Virus record (IMG/VR): IMGVR_UViG_3300020451_000536
Strand: one strand, 5' to 3'
Source of the DNA: an uncultured virus (IMG/VR IMGVR_UViG_3300020451_000536)
Lineage: Duplodnaviria; Heunggongvirae; Uroviricota; Caudoviricetes
DNA: 64,000 bases
A program made the position numbers and the translations under genes. Below the pieces are notes generated by a model, which searched no databases, was not told where the DNA came from, and worked only from the letters and a program-made list of their open reading frames with translations. Positions within the stretch are counted from its first letter, which is position 1. Every line of letters begins with the position of its first letter. Below, piece by piece: positions 38,937 through 49,149 of the stretch.

Positions 38937-39326
38937 CTACTTATTATTTTTTAACATTTTTTGTAGTTCTGTTGTAGAACCAACAAACAATGCGTTAGTT
39001 ACATTCTTCGGCCCTTTGTCTGGTAATTCTTTCAACTTTTGCATCTTCAAATGTAAATCACCAAGTTTCTCTGTGACCTCTGCAACATTTTTTATTAGTT
39101 GTCCAGCAACTTCATATGTTCTTGGGTGTTCACTTTCCCTTGCAAGGTCTAATATACCTTCTATTGCATCTTGTCCTTTTTCAACTAATGAATAAAAATT
39201 TTGTCTTTGATATTCAAAATCATTACCTTCATTATTTGTTTTGACAACAGTTTTTGGTTTATCTTCAACCTTCATAATTTGTTCACCTATTAATGTTTCA
39301 TCTAGAATATTATTTACTTTAGACAT
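38937..39326 (-). CDS. gp16: Terminase small subunit
   Basis: DFEY.RQN.Y.LVEKGQ.AI.GIL..A.ES.HPR.YEVAGQLIK, NALFVGST.ELQK. Confidence 0.93.
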   Translation of the reverse strand: MSKVNNILDETLIGEQIMKVEDKPKTVVKTNNEGNDFEYQRQNFYSLVEKGQDAIEGILDLARESEHPRTYEVAGQLIKNVAEVTEKLGDLHLKMQKLKELPDKGPKNVTNALFVGSTTELQKMLKNNK

Positions 39327-40189
39327 TATTCATTTACACCATAAACAATAAATTTTCCCTCATCTATTGTACCACTTGATGGATAAAATCTTATCCAATT
39401 CATTGCAGATGCTAATGAACTTGAAAAGTAATTTATAACACCATAATGATTATTATTGTTATTATAATGAATCCAATCAACTATATATTTTTTGTAATCA
39501 TTAGTATCTGACCTACCAAAATTCACACAATCAATCTCAAAATAATTTCCTACATTTGCTTTAAAATTCCAACCCTCAAATTCATAATAATTTGATTTAC
39601 TACTAGAACCTAAAGCGTGAGATGAAGAACCTAACTGTGAATAGTGAGAACCATAATAACCAGTAAATGATACAGTTGAACCATTATCTGGTGAATCTGC
39701 CATTCTTAAATCTGCTGTTGTTGAAAATGTAAGATTATGAACTACGATTTTAAATCTAGTATAACCAGTCATTATTGTATTATCAAATATTACTTCAGAA
39801 ACACTGCCTGTAACATCTGTTTCTGTAATTTTAACATGAGTACCAGCAGAACCAAATGTAAAATCATTTCCAGCATCATTTACTTTAAGTGCAGTACCAG
39901 CAGAACCTAATGTGTTTATATTAAATAAATTTACTTTATCTAGAAAAGTTTCGTTAAATAATACTCTATCATCTGCATTTGTACTAGAATTATCCGTACC
40001 ATTTAGTGTTAAAAAATCACCTTTGTTTGCACCAGCACCATCTGTTCCATCTAATATAATTGAATCGTTTTGCAGACCTAATCGTGTGTCTGCATCTATT
40101 TTTGCTTTTGATATACTATTACTTGCAATATCAACAGCCTGTATTGATGCATCTGCAATAGCTCTACTTGGTAATGTTCTTATCGGCAC
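39326..40189 (-). CDS. Fibre-like virion protein, paralog of 59530..60546
   Basis: GTG start after AGGAG; shared block DSIIL..T.G....GDFL.L.GTD.SS.NA..R.LF.ETF.DK..LFNINTLGSAG.A.KVN. Confidence 0.7.
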   Translation of the reverse strand: MPIRTLPSRAIADASIQAVDIASNSISKAKIDADTRLGLQNDSIILDGTDGAGANKGDFLTLNGTDNSSTNADDRVLFNETFLDKVNLFNINTLGSAGTALKVNDAGNDFTFGSAGTHVKITETDVTGSVSEVIFDNTIMTGYTRFKIVVHNLTFSTTADLRMADSPDNGSTVSFTGYYGSHYSQLGSSSHALGSSSKSNYYEFEGWNFKANVGNYFEIDCVNFGRSDTNDYKKYIVDWIHYNNNNNHYGVINYFSSSLASAMNWIRFYPSSGTIDEGKFIVYGVNE

Positions 40190-40208
40190 TTTATTCTCCT
40201 ACTCTTAT

Positions 40209-41009
40209 TTATTCATCACTACCAGTTTCTGGATTAAAGTCTTTTGCATCTTGGAAGAAAGATGTTGTTTCATTGAATCCAAAGTTGTCATCAAACTCAG
40301 CAGATACTGGTTCTGGTGTGACACTATATCTTTGTTCTCTCTTAGGTGATTTGTCTGGTAAATCTGTAAACTGGTCAACTTGAACTGATTTGATAACAGA
40401 CTGTGAAGTAACAGGCCCATACAAATAAAATTTTGCAGTAAAAGATAATGTATAGATGATTGCTCGTCTTGTTGTGAAATCACCTTCATAATTATCTTCG
40501 TAATCTATACCAGTTAATACAATAGGTATATCTCTTTTTTGTTTCATATCTAAATTATCATTAACTGTAATTGTATATTCTGGTTGAAAGAAAGGTAATA
40601 TTTGTTCTATAATTTGTAGTGCATCATCACCACTTTTTGCCATAACAAATAATTGTAAATCAACATTATAAGGCACAGGCATATATTGTGTTTCTAATTT
40701 ACCAGAACCTTTTGCACTTGTCTTTCTAATCTTTGTAACACGATTTAGTTTTCTAGTTGTATCATAAGAAAGTGTTTGTATCTCAAATGCAATTCTTGGT
40801 AAAGTAATTGCAGTTGTTTTACTTATACTTGCATCTTCTCTAATTCGTGTAAGGAACTTTTGTTTAGGCCCATATGCAAGTGGAACTTTCATAGATTGTG
40901 TAATATTACCAGAACTATTTTTTCTGACAATCTGTACATTATTAAAAATAGTACCAAATGATACTATTATTTTTCTAATTGTTTCGTGATAAAATTGTTG
41001 TCCTAACAT
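40209..41009 (-). CDS. gp15: Tail sheath stabiliser/completion protein
   Basis: FYHETIRK.I..FGT.FN, VPLAYGPKQKFL, LPRIAFE, QIIEQILPFFQP. Confidence 0.96.
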   Translation of the reverse strand: MLGQQFYHETIRKIIVSFGTIFNNVQIVRKNSSGNITQSMKVPLAYGPKQKFLTRIREDASISKTTAITLPRIAFEIQTLSYDTTRKLNRVTKIRKTSAKGSGKLETQYMPVPYNVDLQLFVMAKSGDDALQIIEQILPFFQPEYTITVNDNLDMKQKRDIPIVLTGIDYEDNYEGDFTTRRAIIYTLSFTAKFYLYGPVTSQSVIKSVQVDQFTDLPDKSPKREQRYSVTPEPVSAEFDDNFGFNETTSFFQDAKDFNPETGSDE

Positions 41010-42178
41010 TATGATTCCTTCCCAGCGTCACCAAATGGATTTGATTCACTAAAGTCTAATATTGTATTATCTAAGTTTTCAAAATCTTCAATCTGAGATT
41101 TTTCATCAATGGTATCTACATTATATTCTTCATTGATTAGATAATGATTTTCTTCTTTTATTTCAGTTATCGTTGCAGTAAACCCATTGTTTCTACTAGT
41201 AATAACTTCATCTTTTGCAAATGTTCCAGTTATATATTCAAAATGCAATGTGTTACTATTTATTAACCTAATATAAGCTTGTCCACCGTTTGCACCAGTG
41301 ATAACTTCGTCTTCTTCAAATGCACCAGTTTCATCTTTGACTGTAATGTAGAAAGTGTCAGCAGTCTCAAGTAATATAGAACTTGCACCAAACTGTGTTT
41401 CAGAAATTAAATTATCACCAGCATCAGAACCACCACCATCTGTTCTATCTAATAATAATAAATCATTATCTTCTAATGAAATTTCTTCTGTGTATGTTCC
41501 AGTTTGTTCTAATGTGAACTGGTATGAAAGTGCATCTAAACTACTATCAGTTTCTATTTGGTCAATCGCACTTACACCAGTATCAAGACCCTCACTACCA
41601 TATTCAAATAATCTACATTTTAATTTATAAACTGGATTGTTATCTAATTGAAAGAAAGGTTCATCGTGGTCAACAAAACTAATTTCAAACATTTTATTAA
41701 TGATAGGATGAAAAACTAAATCACCCTCTAAAGGTCTATCTGCATCAGTAGATTCATCTTCATTTACAAGATATGCACTTTCACTTGTAGTTGTTTCATC
41801 TTCTAATAATACTGCACCAAAAGTTTCAGTAGTACCAGATTCTAAAACAACTTGTTTTGTTATGTCTTGAAATCTTTCTTTACTTACTACAAAGGTAACT
41901 TCGTCTTTGATATCTAATCCAAACTTTGATACTAATTCTTTCTCACCTTCAAGACCACCCTCTGCATTTTCTACATACATTTCTATAAGTTGTGATTCTG
42001 AAAAAGTTGATGATGTATCTTCACCAAATAAAGTATCTTCATTAACAAATGTTCTATTTACATAATAGACATCGTGTCCATGAATCTGGATAGCTTCCTT
42101 AACTAGATTTTTATATAGGTCTCTCTCGGCAGATATAGAAGTCTTATTACTGTCGTGAAAAAATTTATTGACTGCCAT
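41009..42178 (-). CDS. gp14: Neck protein with acidic insertions
   Basis: EAIQIHGHDVYY, SKFGL, RPLEGDL.F.P, FEISFV.HDEPFFQL, DFSESNPFG. Confidence 0.92.
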   Translation of the reverse strand: MAVNKFFHDSNKTSISAERDLYKNLVKEAIQIHGHDVYYVNRTFVNEDTLFGEDTSSTFSESQLIEMYVENAEGGLEGEKELVSKFGLDIKDEVTFVVSKERFQDITKQVVLESGTTETFGAVLLEDETTTSESAYLVNEDESTDADRPLEGDLVFHPIINKMFEISFVDHDEPFFQLDNNPVYKLKCRLFEYGSEGLDTGVSAIDQIETDSSLDALSYQFTLEQTGTYTEEISLEDNDLLLLDRTDGGGSDAGDNLISETQFGASSILLETADTFYITVKDETGAFEEDEVITGANGGQAYIRLINSNTLHFEYITGTFAKDEVITSRNNGFTATITEIKEENHYLINEEYNVDTIDEKSQIEDFENLDNTILDFSESNPFGDAGKES

Positions 42179-42181
42179 AAC

Positions 42182-43000
42182 TTATCCTACCATATAATTT
42201 ACTGGTAACTCAAATCCTAGTTTCATTTCTTCTTCTAATTTAGTGATTTCATCTAACGCTTGTTGATAGATTGTTTCACCGTTCATAGTAACTCCACCTA
42301 ACATTTGAACACCGTTAAATTTTGATAGGTTAGCACCCCATTGTTTTTTAATTAATGCAGTTGCATATCTTTTTAAATACATATCATCAAACACATCTGT
42401 GTAAACTGTTGGGTCTAATTTTCTATAACATTCAATTAAAAGAAAGTCACCATTGTTGAAATCCTTTTCCATATCTGCGTGAATGTATAATCTGTTTTGA
42501 TGTTCTTTAAAATCTATTGGATATTCACCAGTAAGAATGTGGTCTAGAAAATCTAGATGCCTCATTGTCATTTCATAGTGAATTATTGAAGTTGAACTGA
42601 AATCATATAAATCATTTAATCTTAATTGATAACGAACATCAAATAAATTTTGAGTTAATTTATCTGTTACTGGATAGACTTTTACAACTGATAATACACT
42701 ATCTGGAATAGGTATATAATTCTCTTGTTGTAAAAAGTCTGCTGTAATTGAACTGTCAACTTTATCGGTTGCTGTAACTGCACTTTCATTACTTCTCATT
42801 CTTGCAATTTCAGCTGTAGTAAGTTGATGTTTTAGATATGCTCTTTCAATACCATCATAATGGTATTTTGAGAAATATTGTAAAGCTTCATCTACTCTAT
42901 CATCTATTTGGTCATCAGATACATTGATATCAATGACACCTTTACCTAATGCTCTTAAACAATATTCTTTAAATGTTGACTTTGAAGTAGGTACTGCCAT
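42182..43000 (-). CDS. gp13: Neck protein
   Basis: YCLRALG..VIDINV.DDQ.DDR..EALQY, LKRYATALIK.QWG.NL.KF.GVQ..GGVT.NG. Confidence 0.96.
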   Translation of the reverse strand: MAVPTSKSTFKEYCLRALGKGVIDINVSDDQIDDRVDEALQYFSKYHYDGIERAYLKHQLTTAEIARMRSNESAVTATDKVDSSITADFLQQENYIPIPDSVLSVVKVYPVTDKLTQNLFDVRYQLRLNDLYDFSSTSIIHYEMTMRHLDFLDHILTGEYPIDFKEHQNRLYIHADMEKDFNNGDFLLIECYRKLDPTVYTDVFDDMYLKRYATALIKKQWGANLSKFNGVQMLGGVTMNGETIYQQALDEITKLEEEMKLGFELPVNYMVG

Positions 43001-43018
43001 AACTAATCCTTTTATTAT

Positions 43019-43026
43019 TATTTATA
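43019..43026 (-). promoter_or_regulatory. Late promoter for gp13
   Basis: TATAAATA upstream of AAGGA SD. Confidence 0.75.
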
Positions 43027-43037
43027 ATAAAAAGAGA

Positions 43038-43784
43038 TTATGTTCTTTTCTCTGCACCCTCCATAGTAAGAAAACCTTTTGCATCGTGTCCCTCTCTCTC
43101 TTCTTTATAAGTAGCATCTTTTTTATAACGAAAACTTAAATTACCAGAAACACTTACTCTTAACCCTTTTTTACCCTTTAATTCTGATAAATTAGGTTCT
43201 ACTTCGTGTACAGCCCAAGATGGAAACATAATTAATCTGCCTGGAACTGGAGCCCAATATACTTCATTAAGTGTTTCTCTTAATCTAGGTTTTTTTGGGT
43301 TGTATGGTAATTGAACTGCGATTGCTTGTGCTCTAGGGTCAGAAAACCATATTTGTCCACATTTTTCTGGAGATTGTAAATAGTAAACAAAACTAAAGTG
43401 TGAGCCTGGGTGAGTATGATTACGATTGTGAGCACCAAATTGAGAAACATTTGCCCACATATTATCAATGACTGGTTCTGTATCTGGATTTAAATCCATT
43501 ATTTCTTGTATTCTCAATCCTACTTTAAGTGCTTCTTTTCCCATGTCTTCATATTCTTCTCGTATATGCATATCTACTGCACTATGCCAACCTCTTGAGT
43601 TAGAACGAACTATTCCTTTGTTATCATCATCTCTCCATTTAAAAATATGTTTTAACCATTTCTTATTTCGTTCTTCATAGTTTAGAATATCTATAAAATG
43701 AAATAATGTAGGAAACCATATCTCAGATACGATTTTACCTCTTTTATCAAATGGAACTTGTTGTGCGATTTTATTAAATGTCAT
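43038..43784 (-). CDS. 2OG-Fe(II) oxygenase (TIGR02466-like)
   Basis: MWANV, HNRNHTHPGS.FS.VYY, F.DPR, LIMFPSWAVHEV.PN, RVSVSGN. Confidence 0.9.
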   Translation of the reverse strand: MTFNKIAQQVPFDKRGKIVSEIWFPTLFHFIDILNYEERNKKWLKHIFKWRDDDNKGIVRSNSRGWHSAVDMHIREEYEDMGKEALKVGLRIQEIMDLNPDTEPVIDNMWANVSQFGAHNRNHTHPGSHFSFVYYLQSPEKCGQIWFSDPRAQAIAVQLPYNPKKPRLRETLNEVYWAPVPGRLIMFPSWAVHEVEPNLSELKGKKGLRVSVSGNLSFRYKKDATYKEEREGHDAKGFLTMEGAEKRT

Positions 43785-44440
43785 ACATAACTTGGGCCGT
43801 GTAACCAACCCTCAATACAATTTCTTACACCCTTTGTGACTTTGGTAACACGCCAAGGAACAAAAGATGGGAATATAATTATTTGACCTTTTTCTCTAAA
43901 TAATTTATTATCCGTGTTCATATTCATTAATTCAATATGTCCACCATCGTAATCTTTGGTGTCAGATAATTGAATAATAAAAGTTAATTTTCTAAATGGT
44001 GCATTGTTTCCTATGTCTAAATGATAATTATACATATCTTTGTTCTTATAACAAACTATTTGTGGATTGTCTGCTTGATAGAAACCAGCAAGTTGCATTT
44101 TAAAATTTTTATCATTAGCTTGTTGTGCAAGTTCCAACACTTTAGTGTAAGGCCAACCTTTGTCATTCATAGGTAAAGATTGTTGTGTTGCTTTTCTTAC
44201 ACCCTTTAATGAACTATCAACCCATAATTCTTTAACCGTTTCTTTTACTATTGCATCACATTCTTTCTCTGCAAAAAACTGTGATGTTAATATAGAAACT
44301 ATGTTTTTATTACCGACCAGTTTGACAATATTTTTATCATCTGGTTCAACTATATTTTTTTCTTGGGGTTCTTCTTTTTTTTCTTCTTCCTTTTTAGGAA
44401 GTTCCAGAGTATCAATCTCTGAGTCTGTAAACGAATTCAT
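43781..44440 (-). CDS. 2OG-Fe(II) oxygenase-like protein lacking the distal His
   Basis: YHLD, RKLTFIIQLSD..DY.GG, IFPSFVPWRVTKVTKGVR (W where H is expected). Confidence 0.8.
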   Translation of the reverse strand: MNSFTDSEIDTLELPKKEEEKKEEPQEKNIVEPDDKNIVKLVGNKNIVSILTSQFFAEKECDAIVKETVKELWVDSSLKGVRKATQQSLPMNDKGWPYTKVLELAQQANDKNFKMQLAGFYQADNPQIVCYKNKDMYNYHLDIGNNAPFRKLTFIIQLSDTKDYDGGHIELMNMNTDNKLFREKGQIIIFPSFVPWRVTKVTKGVRNCIEGWLHGPSYV

Positions 44441-44442
44441 AT

Positions 44443-44664
44443 TCAATCCTTATAATATGACCATAACTTATCTAAGCAATAATACCATAGTCCGTTTATT
44501 GCTGGTTCAATTAACGCAACCAGACCAGCTTCAAATAAACTTGCGTTAGTAATTGTACTAACAACAATCATTGAAATAATTATGTGTCCTAAAGTATAAA
44601 CTAATGCACGACCAAAACTCGTGCTTAATATTACTTTAAATATTCCACTTGTAAATTCTGTCAT
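44443..44664 (-). CDS. Small membrane protein (DUF2061-like)
   Basis: Two hydrophobic segments; ALIEP.ING.WYY.LDKLW. Confidence 0.65.
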   Translation of the reverse strand: MTEFTSGIFKVILSTSFGRALVYTLGHIIISMIVVSTITNASLFEAGLVALIEPAINGLWYYCLDKLWSYYKD

Positions 44665-44679
44665 AACAATAATTATACA

Positions 44680-45192
44680 TCATTTTTTTTCAATGTCAAT
44701 AGGGTTTTTTATTTGTTCAACATCTGCATTAGTGGGTTTTATTAACCATTGTTTAGTTCTATGTTTTTGTCCATTAAAAACTTTTCCCTCTTTTGCATCT
44801 TGCAACCATTTATGTAATCGTGTAGATTTTACTGGTTTATATTCTTCTACCCAACCACCATCTAATCTTCTAGATAATTTACCACCAGTTTTAGGTTTAG
44901 GCATTTTATTCCAGTGAAAATGTTGTTTACTAGTATTATTATTCATATAATAATTTTTTTTGTGATATCTTCCCTCTTTAATTGCAATCCAAGTTTTAAT
45001 TTGTTCTTTTTGTCTTTCCTTTTTACGAATCATTCGTTCCCAACGAAACAGTCTTTGTGTTTCATCTTCTACTGTATAGAAACGACCTTGTTCATCAACC
45101 ATTGTACCACCGTATCTCTTATCGTGATAGGATATGATTGGGGGAAATTCTTCTTTAGTCGGAGTTTTATATTTTTGTTTAAATATTTTCAT
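44680..45192 (-). CDS. Basic hypothetical protein
   Basis: 170-aa Lys/Arg/Trp-rich ORF in operon orientation. Confidence 0.6.
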   Translation of the reverse strand: MKIFKQKYKTPTKEEFPPIISYHDKRYGGTMVDEQGRFYTVEDETQRLFRWERMIRKKERQKEQIKTWIAIKEGRYHKKNYYMNNNTSKQHFHWNKMPKPKTGGKLSRRLDGGWVEEYKPVKSTRLHKWLQDAKEGKVFNGQKHRTKQWLIKPTNADVEQIKNPIDIEKK

Positions 45193-45205
45193 AATAATAT
45201 ATATA

Positions 45206-46750
45206 CTATGCCCATTGAAGAGCTACACCATGTATTTTATTTGCACCAGTTAAAGATGAACCTACTATTTTCCATCTTAACTGAACTTGAGGACTCGCAC
45301 TACCAGTTAAAGGTGTACTACCAGAAAATATCTTAATACCAGAACTTCCTGCTTGAAATCCCTCATCAGTCAAAGTCATTGAGTTGAATGTGGTGTTATC
45401 TCTTGTTGCACTTACAGTGAAATCAGAAGTTCCGTCTGGTAATTCAGCAAATAAAACTATCCTTGCTTTACTTGGTGTTGCATTTGCAGTGAATGTGTCA
45501 GATATTAGTGTCATAGATGTATTACTATTTAAGAATTGTGATGTTGCAACAATAACTCTACCATCTGCACCATCACCAGCTTCGCCAGGGTGGCCACCAG
45601 CACCACCGCCACCAGTATTAGCAACAGCATCTCCTCCAGAACCATCGCCTCCAGAACGACCCCCTTCATCACCTTCACCACCTTCACCGCCAGGACTTTG
45701 AGGATGTGGCCCAGCGCCTGCTCCACCTCCCCCACCAAAACCAACAGCTGTTGAACCATCTAATATGTTATAATCTAAACCCTCACCACCCATACTTTTT
45801 ATTGATTGACCAGCACCATTAGGATGATTAAAGTTTGTACTTCCAGCACCACCACCACCAAAACCATAAACTTGTGGCCCAGCTGCAGAATTACCAAAAC
45901 TACCTACTTGTTCAGAACCTTCAGCAGAAAAACTTGGTGGAGAATTTACATATGCAGTTCCTTCAAAATCAGACAATCCAGTAACTGGATGATTAGATGA
46001 TTGAGTTCCCAGTCCACCACTATTTCCAACTGGAGGTTGATTTGACAAACCACCACCAGAACCGCCTGGTCTTTGAGTACCATTTGTATAACCAGAAGCA
46101 CCACCACCTTCACCTATGATATTTACACTTGGTGAATATACAAAAGTAGTATCACCTCCGTCTTCACCAGTGCCTGGGCCAGGATAACCAGTTCCTTCAC
46201 CACCTTCTCCTATTGTAACAGAATAAGTTCCACCACTCGTAACTGATAAATTATTTAAATAAATTAATCCACCAGCACCTCCACCACCACCAACATAAGA
46301 TGGGTGGCCGTCAGCACCACCTCCACCACCACCGACTACTAATAAATTAATTGCAGTTGTTGTTGCTGGTGCAGTATATGTGCCTGGACTTGTAAAATCA
46401 GAAACTATGTATGGACTGCCTGGATATGGGCCTGATTGTTGATTAGTATAAAAATCTGAAGTAGAATCGTAAATTGCATTTGAATTTTCTGAAGTATCTA
46501 CACCACCTTCACTATGAAACTCATCAACAATACCATCTACTAAATTAAATATTGTCAAACCTTTATTGACTGCGTATTTAAATCCTAATACACCAATATT
46601 AAAAGGATTATTTGTCTCAGTTAAATCAGTTGCAATTCCAGTTTTTGTAGATGTGATACTTGCACTAGGTGATATGTCTGCATCAACGATAGTTCCATCT
46701 GTGATGTCAGTTGATTTTATCTGAGTTAAACCAGTTAAAGGATTTGGCAT
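45206..46750 (-). CDS. Gly/Pro-rich modular virion protein, paralog 4 of 7
   Basis: Family N/C modules; VVGGGGGG core. Confidence 0.85.
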   Translation of the reverse strand: MPNPLTGLTQIKSTDITDGTIVDADISPSASITSTKTGIATDLTETNNPFNIGVLGFKYAVNKGLTIFNLVDGIVDEFHSEGGVDTSENSNAIYDSTSDFYTNQQSGPYPGSPYIVSDFTSPGTYTAPATTTAINLLVVGGGGGGADGHPSYVGGGGGAGGLIYLNNLSVTSGGTYSVTIGEGGEGTGYPGPGTGEDGGDTTFVYSPSVNIIGEGGGASGYTNGTQRPGGSGGGLSNQPPVGNSGGLGTQSSNHPVTGLSDFEGTAYVNSPPSFSAEGSEQVGSFGNSAAGPQVYGFGGGGAGSTNFNHPNGAGQSIKSMGGEGLDYNILDGSTAVGFGGGGGAGAGPHPQSPGGEGGEGDEGGRSGGDGSGGDAVANTGGGGAGGHPGEAGDGADGRVIVATSQFLNSNTSMTLISDTFTANATPSKARIVLFAELPDGTSDFTVSATRDNTTFNSMTLTDEGFQAGSSGIKIFSGSTPLTGSASPQVQLRWKIVGSSLTGANKIHGVALQWA

Positions 46751-46753
46751 AAT

Positions 46754-48334
46754 TTATTTCCACTGCAAAGCAACACCATGAATTTTGTTTGCACCAGTCA
46801 AAGATGAACCCACTATTTTCCATCTTAATTGTACTTGAGGTTGACCAGGCGCAGCTCCAGTCAAAGGTGTTGAACCAGTAAATATTTTAGTACCACTAGA
46901 ACCAGCTGCATATCCTTCATCAGTCAAAGTAATATTGTTAAAATTAGTATTATCTCTAGTTGCAGAAACTGTAAAGTCTGATGTTCCATCTGGTAATTCT
47001 GCGAACACAACTATTCTTGCACTTGAAGGAGTTGAGTTTGCAGTAAAGGTATCTGAAACTAAAGTCATTGTAGATGCTGTTGCTTGAGTGGTAGCTTGTC
47101 TTATTATAACTATTCCGTTTCCACCATCTCCACCAGAAGCAGGAGGAGAAGGGCCACCAGCACCACCTCCGCCACCACCAGTTCCGTCTACACCATCAAA
47201 TCCACTTTTTTGGCCTGGGTGAGGACTTATGCCTGGTCTTGCACCACCTTGTCCACCACCACCAACTGATGGGTGTGTTGCTACTGTTGAAAATCCAGTT
47301 CCTAAACTACCTCCACCACCACCACCGAATACACCAGTTGGGCCGATTGCAGTTGCAAGTGGGGAAGGTATCGTTGGTAAAGGTGAAAGAACTGGGCCAG
47401 GAAAATCTGTGAAAGGTTGTCCAGCACCAGCATCTCCTAATCCATTACCACCACCAGCTTCTCCAGCACCGCCAGCACCACCGCCGCCTCCACCGCCTCC
47501 AGAACCAGTGTTTCCTTGAGCTCCACCATTATTTCCAAATGCAGTAAAATCACTAGGAACTGGTTGGGTTACTTTTGGTATAGCAGTTCCAGAACTACCA
47601 GTACCTATGCCACCACCTCCACCACCACCAGAAGAACCACCTTGTGCTGTTGAATCTAATGGAGTCGGAGTACCATAGTTGTTTTGTAATCCTCCACCAC
47701 CACCTATTGCAGTAACTACAAGAGGTGTAGGAAATGTAAATGTTGAATTCCCACCTTTTGCTCCAGGCGAGTTATAACCATTTGGGTCAGTTCCATCACC
47801 ACCAGTACCACCAGAACCTACTGTTATAGGAAATGATGCACCTTGTGTCAATGTTACATTTTCACCAAATACAACACCACCAGCACCACCACCGCCACCT
47901 TGACCATCAGCACCGCCACCACCACCAGCAACAATTAATATGTCACTAGCAGTAGTTGTACTAGGATTATTATATGTGCCTGGAGATGTAAATACTGAAA
48001 ATGTAGATTGAGGAACTGGGTTTGGAGTAGCTGCACCTAAATTTTGATAAAAATCTGAAGTTGCATCATAAGTTGCATTTGAGTTTTCTCCAGTATCTAT
48101 ACCAGATTCATCATTGAATTCATCTACGACACCATCTACTAGATTGAAAATAGTAAGTCCATCATTAACTGCCATTTTGAAACCTAACACACCAATATTA
48201 AATGCATTTGCACTTATTTGTGCTGAATCTAATCCAGCAATTTTTGATTCAGTTATAGAAGCAGATGGACTAATATCTGCGTTTTTTATTTCCGAGTCTT
48301 TTATGTTTGAAGATTTTATTGTTGTTAAGGGCAT
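46754..48334 (-). CDS. Gly/Pro-rich modular virion protein, paralog 3 of 7
   Basis: Family N/C modules; IVAGGGGG core. Confidence 0.85.
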   Translation of the reverse strand: MPLTTIKSSNIKDSEIKNADISPSASITESKIAGLDSAQISANAFNIGVLGFKMAVNDGLTIFNLVDGVVDEFNDESGIDTGENSNATYDATSDFYQNLGAATPNPVPQSTFSVFTSPGTYNNPSTTTASDILIVAGGGGGADGQGGGGGAGGVVFGENVTLTQGASFPITVGSGGTGGDGTDPNGYNSPGAKGGNSTFTFPTPLVVTAIGGGGGLQNNYGTPTPLDSTAQGGSSGGGGGGGIGTGSSGTAIPKVTQPVPSDFTAFGNNGGAQGNTGSGGGGGGGGAGGAGEAGGGNGLGDAGAGQPFTDFPGPVLSPLPTIPSPLATAIGPTGVFGGGGGGSLGTGFSTVATHPSVGGGGQGGARPGISPHPGQKSGFDGVDGTGGGGGGAGGPSPPASGGDGGNGIVIIRQATTQATASTMTLVSDTFTANSTPSSARIVVFAELPDGTSDFTVSATRDNTNFNNITLTDEGYAAGSSGTKIFTGSTPLTGAAPGQPQVQLRWKIVGSSLTGANKIHGVALQWK

Positions 48335-48336
48335 TT

Positions 48337-49137
48337 CTATCTCTGATATCTTGCAACCACAACATCTCCATCAGATAAAGCAGATGCGAAAGTTACTGTA
48401 TTACCACTTATAGAATAAGCAGATGTTGGGATTTGACAAATACCATTGATAAAAATAAATACATCATTTGCAAGAACACTATGTGATAACGACATGGTAG
48501 TTGTTGAACCACCACTTACTGTAAGTGTATCTAATTGAAAACCAGTACCTCTTCTTACTGATGTTTTAATTCCTAAATCTCTAACTTCTATTTCAGCAGA
48601 TGCAGATGGAGCAGATGTAAATGTAACAGTTGCACCAGAAGTAGAATAGTTTGTTGATGGTTTTTGAACTAGACCGTCAATCGTTACGATAAGAGAATTT
48701 GCAGACGATATGGTTGATGATGTAACAAATGCAACCGTAGAACCATCACCAGTAAATGTATCTAGTGTAAATGTTTTTAAAGTGTCGTCTAAAAGAGATG
48801 CAGTAATAGAACCAACTGCGATTGCAGTTTTTTCTGTACCAGGCCCTAAACCTTTGTGTATAATATAAATTTCATCACTTCCAGCTAATGCTTCAGAAAA
48901 CTCTAAAATATTTGGAAGTCCGTTTGCATCATCTTTGATGAAGTATGCAACATCTGGTTCTTGTCTAATATTATTTACAAACACTTCTACATTTGATGCA
49001 TTTAAGCCAGGAATCTCTCTTGAAAGAACAAGTGAATTTGCAATACTATTATTTGTACCAGTATCAGAACCTACGAAATCTTCTTTTGCAAATGAATTGA
49101 CTGGAACATTTAAAAATGGTTTACCTATATATGCCAT
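48337..49137 (-). CDS. Virion structural protein with three beta-repeat domains
   Basis: MAYIG start; repeats VFVNNIRQEP..AY, VTIDGLVQKP..NY, IFINGICQIP..AY. Confidence 0.75.
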   Translation of the reverse strand: MAYIGKPFLNVPVNSFAKEDFVGSDTGTNNSIANSLVLSREIPGLNASNVEVFVNNIRQEPDVAYFIKDDANGLPNILEFSEALAGSDEIYIIHKGLGPGTEKTAIAVGSITASLLDDTLKTFTLDTFTGDGSTVAFVTSSTISSANSLIVTIDGLVQKPSTNYSTSGATVTFTSAPSASAEIEVRDLGIKTSVRRGTGFQLDTLTVSGGSTTTMSLSHSVLANDVFIFINGICQIPTSAYSISGNTVTFASALSDGDVVVARYQR

Positions 49138-49149
49138 TTACAAACTCCA

